Below, in pieces: positions 1 through 6,937 of a stretch of 15,645 nt of DNA. Both the position numbers and the translations under genes were made by a program. The notes beneath the pieces are model-generated. The model did not search any database, was not told the origin of the DNA, and worked only from the letters and a program-made list of their open reading frames with translations. The stretch's first letter is position 1; every line of letters starts with the position of its first letter. The stretch is from a virus. Taxonomy: Duplodnaviria > Heunggongvirae > Uroviricota > Caudoviricetes. The stretch covers positions 1 to 15,645 of IMG/VR virus record IMGVR_UViG_3300037454_000603; one strand, written 5' to 3'.

Positions 1-31
1 CCCCTTTAATTTTTAAACTAATTGTTAATAA

Positions 32-52
32 TGAAATACCTCTCCAATTTCA
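32..52. repeat. boundary palindrome J0
   Basis: TGAAAT-acctctcca-ATTTCA with TTAATAA/TTGTTAA extended arms. Confidence 0.9.
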
Positions 53-125
53 TTGTTAATATTTAGGAAAAGTATGAACCCCTTATTAAAATTGAAATGG
101 GGGGGGCGGATTTAAAAAAAAGAAT

Positions 126-144
126 AGGGGTCATTAAGACCCCT
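126..144 (-). terminator. intrinsic terminator
   Basis: AGGGGTC/GACCCCT stem followed by a T-run on the minus strand. Confidence 0.8.
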
Positions 145-150
145 TTTAAA

Positions 151-387
151 TTACCATTCCCAAGGACAAGATTGTGTAATTTCTCTAAAACCGCATGTAT
201 TTTCTTTATTTTCTCTATAAAATGGACAGTCCTTACAATCATCAGTATTATTACAATATTCTCTTACTTGACTAACCATATTAAAGAATTCATCTACTTT
301 TGATTTAAAGAAAAATTGTTCATGCTTTACACATTCTGTTTTATTCTCAAACTGTTCTCCATCAAAACTTTCATAAATTATTTTCAT
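151..387 (-). CDS. Cys-rich hypothetical protein (paralog of 948..1190)
   Basis: 78 aa ORF; SD GGGGTG upstream; Y-x-S-x-DG-x-x-F N-terminus and C-x6-C-x2-CPFY...C...CPWEW C-terminus; terminator directly after the stop. Confidence 0.85.
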   Translation of the reverse strand: MKIIYESFDGEQFENKTECVKHEQFFFKSKVDEFFNMVSQVREYCNNTDDCKDCPFYRENKENTCGFREITQSCPWEW

Positions 388-400
388 TTTATTTCACCCC

Positions 401-625
401 TTACTTATCAACAGTATATCCTTCGATGTAGCAAACACCCTCTATGCTACCAATTGCTTCAAATTCTTCCAGAATTTCCTCAAGGTCTTCTTTATCATAG
501 TTATCACCGTGAAGTCTGAGCCAAGGTTCTACGCAGATTTCTCTTGCTTTTTCCTGAGCTTTTTCAAAAGTTGAATAAAGTCCTCTTACAATATTGTCCT
601 CGTCCTGTAAAAAATAAATCATCAT
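401..625 (-). CDS. small acidic hypothetical protein
   Basis: 74 aa; SD GAAAGGA; promoter at 679-707; GLYSTFEKA motif typical of small phage proteins. Confidence 0.85.
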   Translation of the reverse strand: MMIYFLQDEDNIVRGLYSTFEKAQEKAREICVEPWLRLHGDNYDKEDLEEILEEFEAIGSIEGVCYIEGYTVDK

Positions 626-678
626 AGTATCAAATCCTTTCTAGTTTTTAAGAGTTTTCTTTCTCTTATCTTGATTAT

Positions 679-707
679 ATTATAGCATATAATTGTTTGT
701 TTGTCAA
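679..707 (-). promoter_or_regulatory. sigmaA-type promoter
   Basis: TTGACA-17-TATAAT with TG extension. Confidence 0.85.
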
Positions 708-782
708 TAGGTTTTTGAATTTTATTTTGTAAACTATTTATGAATAGAATAAAAGATTTAACTATGAACTATATGTTATTTT

Positions 783-845
783 TGAAATACATTGTGCCGC
801 GACACCAATAACAAAATATGAACAGTGAAATGTGTTTGCATTTCA
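783..845 (+). repeat. composite boundary site J1
   Basis: TGAAAT 783, GCCGCGAC 796, palindrome 826-845 (N8). Confidence 0.85.
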
Positions 846-914
846 ATCTTAACAATTCCTTAATATTAAAATATCCAACCCCTATTTCAAAATTAATCTT
901 TTATTAAAAAAGAA

Positions 915-941
915 TAGGGGTTCAATTTAATTGAACCCCTA
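915..941 (-). terminator. intrinsic terminator
   Basis: 12-bp stem TAGGGGTTCAAT/ATTGAACCCCTA. Confidence 0.85.
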
Positions 942-947
942 ATTAAT

Positions 948-1190
948 TTACCAATCACATGGCATTTTATCATCGTCTATGTATTCACTATATCCAAGGC
1001 GGCATTTATCTCCATTATAAAACGGGCAGTTTTCACAATAATGTTCCTGACAAATTTCTTTAATATATGGAATAAATTCATTTATCTTTGTAATTATATC
1101 AAGCTTTTTCTCGTGTTCTAAACATTCATCAGCACTATTAAAAATTCTCCCATCACTTGCTTTGTATTTTTTAACCATAATCTCTTCCAT
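948..1190 (-). CDS. Cys-rich hypothetical protein (paralog of 151..387)
   Basis: ATG at 1190 chosen from SD AAGAGG (track start 1199 is TTG); YKASDGRIF...C-x4-C-x2-CPFY...C...PCDW. Confidence 0.85.
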   Translation of the reverse strand: MEEIMVKKYKASDGRIFNSADECLEHEKKLDIITKINEFIPYIKEICQEHYCENCPFYNGDKCRLGYSEYIDDDKMPCDW

Positions 1191-1300
1191 TAAAATCAAC
1201 CTCTTTTCTTAATCTTAGCAAAAGTTTTTCAGAATAGGGGTCACTATTGCAACCCCTTATCTTATCTTACCCAACATCTTAGGGTATAATCTTGAATGGT

Positions 1301-1390
1301 CTATCGTCCTCTTGTAAACCACTCAACAAGTCGAATTAGCCAATGCCTATCACCATACTTGCAACGAATTTTAAATAACAGATTTCTCAT
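1301..1390 (-). CDS. 29-aa small ORF MRNLLFKIRCKYGDRHWLIRLVEWFTRGR
   Basis: Not in the track; SD AAAGGCGG and promoter 1423-1451 immediately upstream; ends at TAG. Confidence 0.6.
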   Translation of the reverse strand: MRNLLFKIRCKYGDRHWLIRLVEWFTRGR

Positions 1391-1422
1391 TTATTCACCG
1401 CCTTTGCTCTTTTGTTATACTA

Positions 1423-1451
1423 AGTATAACATATAAATAGAAATTTGTCAA
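1423..1451 (-). promoter_or_regulatory. sigmaA-type promoter
   Basis: TTGACA-17-TATACT with TG extension. Confidence 0.85.
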
Positions 1452-1526
1452 GAGGTTTTTAAAAATTTCTTTGTAAACTATTTATTAAGTAGTTAGAAGA
1501 TTTAATTATTACAGAATTATTAAGAC

Positions 1527-1591
1527 TGAAATAGTTGGTCTGGCGGCGCGAGGTAAATAAATATGAACAATGAAATACCGTCCCTATTTCA
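1527..1591 (+). repeat. composite boundary site J2
   Basis: TGAAAT 1527, GGCGGCGC 1542, palindrome 1571-1591. Confidence 0.9.
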
Positions 1592-1655
1592 ACATTAACA
1601 ACTGCTTAATAATTAAAACAACTAACAAATTAATAAAAACTTGACATTTTAACCC

Positions 1656-1684
1656 TTGATTTTTAATATAATTTATGATATAAT
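1656..1684 (+). promoter_or_regulatory. sigmaA-type promoter
   Basis: TTGATT-17-TATAAT with TG extension; extra TTGACA at 1641. Confidence 0.75.
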
Positions 1685-1715
1685 TATTATAGAAAATAAG
1701 AAAAGGGGTGCTAAA

Positions 1716-1916
1716 ATGACTGAACCATTAAAACTTTCTCATGATGAATTGCTTAACTTATATCAGGACTGTATGCATTATGGTATAATTCATTATTGTG
1801 ATGATAAAGTTCATTGGAATGGAGATTTTGAAACTATTAAGTTATGCCGTTTAAAAGACAAAGTCTATTTATTCTCTTGTATTAATGGTGACGTGGAATC
1901 TGTAATTGAATGTTAA
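1716..1916 (+). CDS. hypothetical protein (66 aa)
   Basis: ATG 1716 after SD AAGGGGTG; the track start 1656 lies inside the promoter. Confidence 0.85.
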   Translation: MTEPLKLSHDELLNLYQDCMHYGIIHYCDDKVHWNGDFETIKLCRLKDKVYLFSCINGDVESVIEC

Positions 1917-1928
1917 AGAGGTGATTTA

Positions 1929-2030
1929 ATGCGATTTAAGATTATGTATTTTGTAAATCAGTTCTGGATATATGCTGATTTAATAGTAGGTTTTATTTAC
2001 AATACAATAATAGGAATAGGAGTGTTTTAA
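1929..2030 (+). CDS. 33-aa hydrophobic putative membrane peptide
   Basis: Not in the track; SD AAGAGGTG; MRFKIMYFVNQFWIYADLIVGFIYNTIIGIGVF; TAATG overlap with the next gene. Confidence 0.65.
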   Translation: MRFKIMYFVNQFWIYADLIVGFIYNTIIGIGVF

Positions 2031-2191
2031 TGGCAACAACAGTAACTAAGGGTGTAATTTATGTAGACAAGGACGGAAAACGTCATTTACTCAATCGTGA
2101 AGAATTTCACAATCTTATGGTTAAGTTGAACCGCAGAGCAAAAGCAATTCACAAAATGAAAGTTGTTGAACAGATAGAGATAGAGGATTAA
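2030..2191 (+). CDS. 53-aa hypothetical protein MATTVTKGVIYVDKDGKRHLL...
   Basis: Not in the track; SD AGGAG; coupled start; terminator overlaps the stop. Confidence 0.75.
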   Translation: MATTVTKGVIYVDKDGKRHLLNREEFHNLMVKLNRRAKAIHKMKVVEQIEIED

Positions 2192-2202
2192 TTCCTCTAT
2201 CT
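2178..2202 (+). terminator. intrinsic terminator
   Basis: 10-bp stem AGATAGAGGA/TCCTCTATCT. Confidence 0.75.
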
Positions 2203-2223
2203 TTATTAAGAGAATGTTAATAG

Positions 2224-2244
2224 TGAAATAGAGTTGGCATTTCA
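2224..2244. repeat. boundary palindrome J3
   Basis: TGAAAT-agagttggc-ATTTCA. Confidence 0.9.
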
Positions 2245-2332
2245 TTGTTCACATTTAAAACGTTCGTACTACATCTCATTGTTCATACGGCGTTAATAAT
2301 TAATTCTTTTAACTTATTCACAGAAAGTTTAC

Positions 2333-2361
2333 TTGACAATTTTTAAATTATATGTTATACT
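2333..2361 (+). promoter_or_regulatory. sigmaA-type promoter
   Basis: AAAGTTTAC-TTGACA-17-TATACT. Confidence 0.85.
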
Positions 2362-2395
2362 TAGTATAGAAAATTAAGAAAGGCGGTCGATTTAA

Positions 2396-2830
2396 TTGGC
2401 TAAAATTATTAACTTCGATATGGACGGCACTATTGCAAATTTGTATGGGGTTGACAATTGGTTAGATTATTTAATCAATAGCAATACTTATCCTTATGAA
2501 GTTGCAAAACCAATGGTTAATATGTCTTATCTTGCAAGACTTCTTAACCGATTAATTAACAAGGGATATTTAATTAATATAATCTCTTGGACTTCAAAAA
2601 ACGGCACTCCTGAATACAATGAAGCGGTTAAACAAGCAAAAATTAAGTGGTTAAAAACTCACTTAAAATCAGTTAATTTTTCAAACATTTACGTGATTCC
2701 ATACGGCACACCAAAACACACAATTTCAAGTGGTATTCTTTTTGATGATGAAGAACCAAACCGCATAAAATGGGGGAACGGTGCTTACACTGAAAAAGAA
2801 ATTTTCAAAGTTTTAAAGGCGATTGCATAA
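2396..2830 (+). CDS. HAD-superfamily phosphatase, 5'(3')-deoxyribonucleotidase-like
   Basis: Motif I FDMDGT, motif II ISWTS, K in motif III region, motif IV ILFDD; TTG start after SD GAAAGGCGG. Confidence 0.8.
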   Translation: MAKIINFDMDGTIANLYGVDNWLDYLINSNTYPYEVAKPMVNMSYLARLLNRLINKGYLINIISWTSKNGTPEYNEAVKQAKIKWLKTHLKSVNFSNIYVIPYGTPKHTISSGILFDDEEPNRIKWGNGAYTEKEIFKVLKAIA

Positions 2831-2839
2831 ATCGCCTTT
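2815..2839 (+). terminator. intrinsic terminator
   Basis: AAAGGCGATT/AATCGCCTTT plus T-tail. Confidence 0.85.
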
Positions 2840-2875
2840 TGTTTTTTCTTTTAACTATTAATTAAATGTGAACAC

Positions 2876-2942
2876 TGAAATAGTTCGGTGCCGCGGCACG
2901 ATGTAAACAGAATGTGAATATTGAAATACCCATCCTATTTCA
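2876..2942 (+). repeat. composite boundary site J4 (convergent junction)
   Basis: TGAAAT 2876, GCCGCGGC 2890, palindrome 2922-2942. Confidence 0.9.
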
Positions 2943-2957
2943 ATGTTAATAAATAAG

Positions 2958-2985
2958 AAAAGGTTCAGATAAAACTGAACCTTTT
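2958..2985 (-). terminator. intrinsic terminator
   Basis: AAAAGGTTCAG/CTGAACCTTTT. Confidence 0.85.
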
Positions 2986-2990
2986 ATACT

Positions 2991-3392
2991 TTAAATCAAA
3001 ACTCTATAACTATTCTTACTATCTCTAAACTGTTCAATATTATCATCGGCAATATTATAAACAGCATATAATCCTCTACAAGCTTCCCCAATGAACATAT
3101 ATTCCGTATCATCATAAAAGAATACGTCGCCGTTTTTCATTTCTGAAAGTTTTTTCATTTCGATGATAGTCGGTACTTCAAAGTCATAGCACCTTGTATA
3201 AGCGATTGCCACTCCTATTGTAAAATCAAAATCATCATCGGGGTGACATCTTGCTACACCAACTTTGCCTGTTGTTGTATCATAACAAATAGTTGCATTT
3301 GAGTTAGGAATAGTTCCTATATAGCAAGAACGATTTCTCTTTGCATGGTCATATGCTCTTTTTGCCCACTTATAAAATTCTTCTCTTGTCAT
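2991..3392 (-). CDS. hypothetical phage protein with GKVGxARxHPDD motif (paralog of 5453..5857)
   Basis: 133 aa; SD GGAGGG; the G-x-A-x-C-H-P-D-D...G-x-A-I-A motif is recalled from small phage families (T7 gp1.7 / N4 gp49-like), unverified. Confidence 0.85.
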   Translation of the reverse strand: MTREEFYKWAKRAYDHAKRNRSCYIGTIPNSNATICYDTTTGKVGVARCHPDDDFDFTIGVAIAYTRCYDFEVPTIIEMKKLSEMKNGDVFFYDDTEYMFIGEACRGLYAVYNIADDNIEQFRDSKNSYRVLI

Positions 3393-3445
3393 AATATCAA
3401 GTCCCTCCTAGTTTTTAAGAGTTTTCTTTCTCTTATCTTGGTATA

Positions 3446-3474
3446 ATTATAACACAAAACCCGCTTTTAGTCAA
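3446..3474 (-). promoter_or_regulatory. sigmaA-type promoter
   Basis: TTGACT-17-TATAAT. Confidence 0.85.
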
Positions 3475-3525
3475 TGAATTAATTGTTAATTTTTCTTTAA
3501 AATATTGTGAACACTTTGTTACTGT

Positions 3526-3546
3526 TGAAATCGTAGCACTATTTCA
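3526..3546. repeat. boundary palindrome J5
   Basis: TGAAAT-cgtagcact-ATTTCA. Confidence 0.9.
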
Positions 3547-3600
3547 ATGTTCACATAACGTTAATAATTAATTCTTTTAATCAATTCATAAAAAGTTTAC

Positions 3601-3629
3601 TTGACAAATTCAGAAATATATGTTATACT
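3601..3629 (+). promoter_or_regulatory. sigmaA-type promoter
   Basis: AAAGTTTAC-TTGACA-17-TATACT. Confidence 0.85.
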
Positions 3630-3685
3630 ATATACAGAAGATAAGGAAAGACCTTATCAAATAAAAAGAAAGAGAGTGATTTTAA

Positions 3686-3889
3686 ATGATTACAATTGAA
3701 GTAGTTGACTGGTATGACGGTGACAGAGAGGTTATAGGCATAGCACATTCTTTTAGTGAAGCCGCGGCAATTCGTAACGCAAGATATGAAGATACTGATG
3801 ATGAAGCTGATGTTAATTGCTATATGGGCGGTGAATGTGTAGACCACATTGTATCACTTTATAGTCCTTGTGATGATGAAGATTATTAA
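3686..3889 (+). CDS. small highly acidic protein
   Basis: 67 aa, 18 D/E versus 3 R and no K; own promoter and terminator. Confidence 0.85.
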   Translation: MITIEVVDWYDGDREVIGIAHSFSEAAAIRNARYEDTDDEADVNCYMGGECVDHIVSLYSPCDDEDY

Positions 3890-3913
3890 AAGAGAGGGCG
3901 TAAGCCTTCTCTT
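3890..3913 (+). terminator. intrinsic terminator
   Basis: AAGAGAGGGC/GCCTTCTCTT plus T-tail. Confidence 0.8.
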
Positions 3914-3933
3914 TTTTAACATTCTTTAAACGA

Positions 3934-3954
3934 TGAAATCTGGACGACATTTCA
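3934..3954. repeat. boundary palindrome J6 (convergent junction)
   Basis: TGAAAT-ctggacgac-ATTTCA between two terminators. Confidence 0.9.
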
Positions 3955-3970
3955 TTATTCATAATTAAGA

Positions 3971-3997
3971 AAAGAGTTGAGATAAACTCAACTCTTT
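3971..3997 (-). terminator. intrinsic terminator
   Basis: AAAGAGTTGAG/CTCAACTCTTT. Confidence 0.85.
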
Positions 3998-4374
3998 TTA
4001 ACGATATTTATTCCCTTTTCAACTAAGTACTGAATTGCAAGTTCATTTTTTGAATAGTTCAAGATTTGATTAATAGAAACATTTTCAGCTTTTGTATAAT
4101 AAGTCTTTAATAAAATTCGTGTAGTATCATTCTTCCACTGTTTAAGCGGTTTAATGTATCTATTCCACAAATTAAAATGAATAACTTTTCCTTTTTTCTT
4201 ATTTTGAGAATAAAAGCCATAACACCCGCTAAATTTTTCTACATTTGCCCAAGTAACTACTTCCGTTTCCTCTACACTACTTTCTTTTTCATCAATAATT
4301 ACTAACCATGAATCAGACCGTACTTCTTCATCATTAAAATAAGTATCCTTGTGTTTGTAATAGCAACCCAACAT
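3988..4374 (-). CDS. hypothetical protein
   Basis: 128 aa; SD GAAAGGA; promoter 4412-4440; terminator overlaps the TGA stop. Confidence 0.85.
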   Translation of the reverse strand: MLGCYYKHKDTYFNDEEVRSDSWLVIIDEKESSVEETEVVTWANVEKFSGCYGFYSQNKKKGKVIHFNLWNRYIKPLKQWKNDTTRILLKTYYTKAENVSINQILNYSKNELAIQYLVEKGINIVKKS

Positions 4375-4411
4375 TTAAATCAAGTCCTTTCTTAATCTTT
4401 ATTGTACTTAC

Positions 4412-4440
4412 ATTATACCACATTAATTCCATTTTGTCAA
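4412..4440 (-). promoter_or_regulatory. sigmaA-type promoter
   Basis: TTGACA-17-TATAAT. Confidence 0.85.
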
Positions 4441-4479
4441 CCCCTTTCTCAAACTTAATTGTAAACATTTTATTACGAC

Positions 4480-4545
4480 TGAAATACCGTCTATATTTCA
4501 TCGTTCACAATTTAAGTTAATCTCGCGCCGCCGTACTATATTTCA
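4480..4545 (-). repeat. composite boundary site J7 (reversed)
   Basis: Palindrome 4480-4500, GCGCCGCC 4525, ATTTCA 4540. Confidence 0.9.
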
Positions 4546-4609
4546 GTATTCACACTACGTTAATAATTAAATCACTTAACCAATTAACAAAAACTTAAAT
4601 AAATAACTA

Positions 4610-4638
4610 TTGACTTTTAATATAATTTATGGTATAAT
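4610..4638 (+). promoter_or_regulatory. sigmaA-type promoter (upstream of tandem pair)
   Basis: TTGACT-17-TATAAT. Confidence 0.8.
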
Positions 4639-4728
4639 ATATTCAGAAAAGAAAAAGAGAACAGAAAAAATCAGAAACCAAACTGAGAGATTTGGTTAAG
4701 TAAAAAAACAAATTAAAAAAAAGTTTAC

Positions 4729-4757
4729 TTGACAAAATCGAAAAAATATGGTATAAT
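4729..4757 (+). promoter_or_regulatory. sigmaA-type promoter (downstream of tandem pair)
   Basis: AAAGTTTAC-TTGACA-17-TATAAT. Confidence 0.85.
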
Positions 4758-4855
4758 AAATGTAGAAAAGAGAGAGAGAGAGAAAACAAAACAAAATCCA
4801 TAACAACCAAACTGAAAGTCAGCCGTAGACGTTAAAACGGAGAAAGTAGGTAAAT

Positions 4856-5275
4856 ATGGCAAACGTAACTGGCACTAACACTGAGAACAAGGCAATGACC
4901 ACAAGAGAGTTCTACACCGCTGTCATCAATGCAAATGTGGCTGAGGACGTAACCAAGTTCGCAGAGAACGCACTCGCAAAGCTCGATGAAAAGAACGCAA
5001 AGAGAAAGGCTGAGGGTAGCAAGACCGCTAAGGAAAACGTAGCTATCAAGGCAAATCTTGTTGCCGCTATGGAAAAGGGCGTTACTTACACTGCCGCAGA
5101 ACTGTTCGCACTGGGCGTTGAGGGTGTAACTTCCACACAGAAAGCAAGCGCACTGATTCGTCAGGTAGTTAAGACGGGTGAAGCGGTTGAGAGTGAAATC
5201 AAGATAAAGGGCAAGGGTAAGGTCAAGGGTTACACTCTTGTTACTTCTGAGGACGACGAAACCGTTGAGGAATAA
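4856..5275 (+). CDS. putative DNA-binding protein: coiled-coil N-terminus plus winged helix-turn-helix (paralog of 6938..7345)
   Basis: TYTAAEL...STQKASALIRQVVKTG...KGKVKGYTL matches a wHTH helix-turn-helix plus beta wing pattern; codon choice (TTC, AAC, AAG) differs from neighbours. Confidence 0.8.
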   Translation: MANVTGTNTENKAMTTREFYTAVINANVAEDVTKFAENALAKLDEKNAKRKAEGSKTAKENVAIKANLVAAMEKGVTYTAAELFALGVEGVTSTQKASALIRQVVKTGEAVESEIKIKGKGKVKGYTLVTSEDDETVEE

Positions 5276-5280
5276 AAAGA

Positions 5281-5298
5281 GAGGGGCATTTGCCCCTT
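5281..5298 (+). terminator. intrinsic terminator
   Basis: GAGGGGC/GCCCCTT plus long T-tail. Confidence 0.85.
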
Positions 5299-5352
5299 TT
5301 CTTTTTTCTTTTAATTTGTTAAAATTTTTAACTATTAACCAATTATGAACAC

Positions 5353-5418
5353 TGAAATAGTTGGTGCCGCGGCGCAATGTAAATAGAATATGAACGTTGA
5401 AATGCTAATTCAATTTCA
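5353..5418 (+). repeat. composite boundary site J8 (convergent junction)
   Basis: TGAAAT 5353, GCCGCGGC 5366, palindrome 5398-5418. Confidence 0.9.
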
Positions 5419-5440
5419 TTATTAACATTTTTATAATAAA

Positions 5441-5468
5441 GAAAATGTCCGATTATTCGGACATTTTC
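5441..5468 (-). terminator. intrinsic terminator
   Basis: 12-bp stem GAAAATGTCCGA/TCGGACATTTTC. Confidence 0.8.
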
Positions 5469-5857
5469 ACATCAATCATTTCAAATAGTATCGGACTATC
5501 ATTCCATGTGAGATATTCAGAATGTGATATCAAATCTACAACTTGATTATTACAGTTTTTGCCAATATAACGGTATTTCTCACCACGCCAGAGAAAAACT
5601 TCTCCATTTTTCATCTCACAAAGTCTTTTATATACCGTGAGTTTAGGAAACTCTTTACCTGTACAACGGCAGTAAGCAAGAGCAATACCGTAATCTCTTA
5701 TTTTTTCATCATCGGGGTGAAGTCTTGCCATGCCCACTTTGCCGTTTCTCTCGTTTACTACAAAAGTATAAACATCTCTTGTAATAACTCTATACTTGTC
5801 GCGGTTGATACTGTCCGCAGTCTTGTGTACCCAGTCAAGCAGTTCATTTTTGTTCAT
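5453..5857 (-). CDS. hypothetical phage protein with GKVGxARxHPDD motif (paralog of 2991..3392)
   Basis: 134 aa; shares GKVG.AR.HPDD, IA.AY.RC and EMKNG.VF with 2991..3392. Confidence 0.85.
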   Translation of the reverse strand: MNKNELLDWVHKTADSINRDKYRVITRDVYTFVVNERNGKVGMARLHPDDEKIRDYGIALAYCRCTGKEFPKLTVYKRLCEMKNGEVFLWRGEKYRYIGKNCNNQVVDLISHSEYLTWNDSPILFEMIDVKMSE

Positions 5858-5909
5858 AATTTTAATTCCTTTCTGGTTTTTAGAGTTTTCCTTCTCTTAT
5901 CTTGATTAT

Positions 5910-5938
5910 ATTATAACACATATTCATCGAATTGTCAA
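5910..5938 (-). promoter_or_regulatory. sigmaA-type promoter
   Basis: TTGACA-17-TATAAT. Confidence 0.85.
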
Positions 5939-5984
5939 TAGGTTTTTTTCAATTTTATTTGTAAACTATTTATGAATATGTTGC

Positions 5985-6037
5985 GCCGCGGCACTTATGG
6001 AATAATTATGAACAGTGAAATACTGTCCCCTATTTCT
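5985..6037 (+). repeat. degenerate composite site J9
   Basis: GCCGCGGC 5985; TGAAAT-N10-ATTTCT 6016-6037. Confidence 0.75.
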
Positions 6038-6114
6038 AAATTAATATTTTGTTAAAATAGGCAAAATCACCAAACTTTACTCTTATTTTTGTACAATTTT
6101 TTATAAAAAAGTTA

Positions 6115-6143
6115 TTGACATTTTTATTATTATATGATATAAT
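6115..6143 (+). promoter_or_regulatory. sigmaA-type promoter
   Basis: TTGACA-17-TATAAT with TG extension. Confidence 0.85.
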
Positions 6144-6293
6144 ATATATAGAGAAAAGGAAGAGGGAAAGAGAGGGAAACGGGACTGCCCTTGTAAAAAA
6201 ATACTTTTCCGACCCATTAAGGCGCCACAACGGGGAACACTGGCTTAACCCTTGACTATTCTCTATTAATAATATTTGAAAGGAATTGATTCT

Positions 6294-6692
6294 ATGAGTT
6301 ACGAAAGAATAACAACCATTTTTGACGGTATAGCAATCCCCGAAGAAATTATTTTAAGTAATGTTTTAGATGATTTTATCAACAAAACCAAAACTAAGGT
6401 AGAAATATTCGACCGTTGTATAGCATATCATAGTATTTACCCTCATGAGTTGAACGGAGATTGGCTTGAGGAGTATTTAAGAGATATGGGATATATTGTT
6501 TTTGATGAATATATGTCTTACCTTTATCTTGGTAGAAGTATTATGTCAGTCGGAGATGATACGGGTACTTGCTCTTTAATAATGGATAACTTGCCCAATT
6601 TTCCTGATTACACTTCTGAAATTGACGAGTTGATTAAATTAGTTTTCCCCGACTACGAACCACATAGATATCTTATAAATTGGTATCTTTGA
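6294..6692 (+). CDS. acidic hypothetical protein
   Basis: ATG 6294 after SD GAAAGGA (track start 6276 is TTG); terminator 6700-6727. Confidence 0.85.
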   Translation: MSYERITTIFDGIAIPEEIILSNVLDDFINKTKTKVEIFDRCIAYHSIYPHELNGDWLEEYLRDMGYIVFDEYMSYLYLGRSIMSVGDDTGTCSLIMDNLPNFPDYTSEIDELIKLVFPDYEPHRYLINWYL

Positions 6693-6699
6693 TTTAACT

Positions 6700-6727
6700 A
6701 AACCGAGAGCAGAAATGTTCTCGGTTT
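6700..6727 (+). terminator. intrinsic terminator
   Basis: AAACCGAGAGCA/TGTTCTCGGTTT with GAAA loop. Confidence 0.85.
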
Positions 6728-6746
6728 ATTTCTTATTTGTGAACAA

Positions 6747-6767
6747 TGAAATCCCTTTCCTATTTCA
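6747..6767. repeat. boundary palindrome J10
   Basis: TGAAAT-ccctttcct-ATTTCA. Confidence 0.9.
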
Positions 6768-6793
6768 ACTTTAACACCCCATTCACAATTAAC

Positions 6794-6831
6794 TGTAACC
6801 ATTCTGTAACTATTTGTAACCGAATTGTAAT
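6794..6831 (+). promoter_or_regulatory. four phased TGTAA(C/T) hexamers forming two WalR/OmpR-type boxes
   Basis: TGTAAC-N5-TGTAAC (6794-6810) and TGTAAC-N5-TGTAAT (6815-6831) abutting the -35. Confidence 0.6.
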
Positions 6832-6859
6832 TGACTTTATCCCTATTGTATGATATAAT
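6831..6859 (+). promoter_or_regulatory. sigmaA-type promoter
   Basis: TTGACT-17-TATAAT with TG extension. Confidence 0.85.
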
Positions 6860-6937
6860 ATAGTTACAGTAAAGGAGAGGTAAAGACAACCACTCCACAA
6901 CAACTTAGACCGCCCAAGGGGCAGAAAGAGGTACAAT

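Noticed and set aside
3761-3768. GCCGCGGC inside CDS 3686..3889 (and GCCGCCGC near 14691)
   Set aside because: Explained by Ala-Ala-Ala codons; no flanking TGAAAT half-sites at the expected spacing.
4832-5377. 181-aa minus-strand ORF and other overlapping track ORFs (97..303, 316..519, 3623..3847, 5543..5905, 6036..6230, 6698..6898, 6760..6978, 6972..7220, 7509..7742, 7774..8124, 8713..8946, 8936..9262, 12566..12841, 13236..13430, 13328..13534, 14599..14838)
   Set aside because: They are shadow or alternative frames of better-supported genes or cross regulatory DNA, and lack an SD/promoter context.
6170-6255. Cobalamin riboswitch call (AGGGAA..GG, CTGCCC..GTAA, GCCAC..GGGGAA fragments)
   Set aside because: Lacks the GGTG-AA-TCC T-loop and the B12 box; kept only as an unassigned structured leader pending an Rfam scan.
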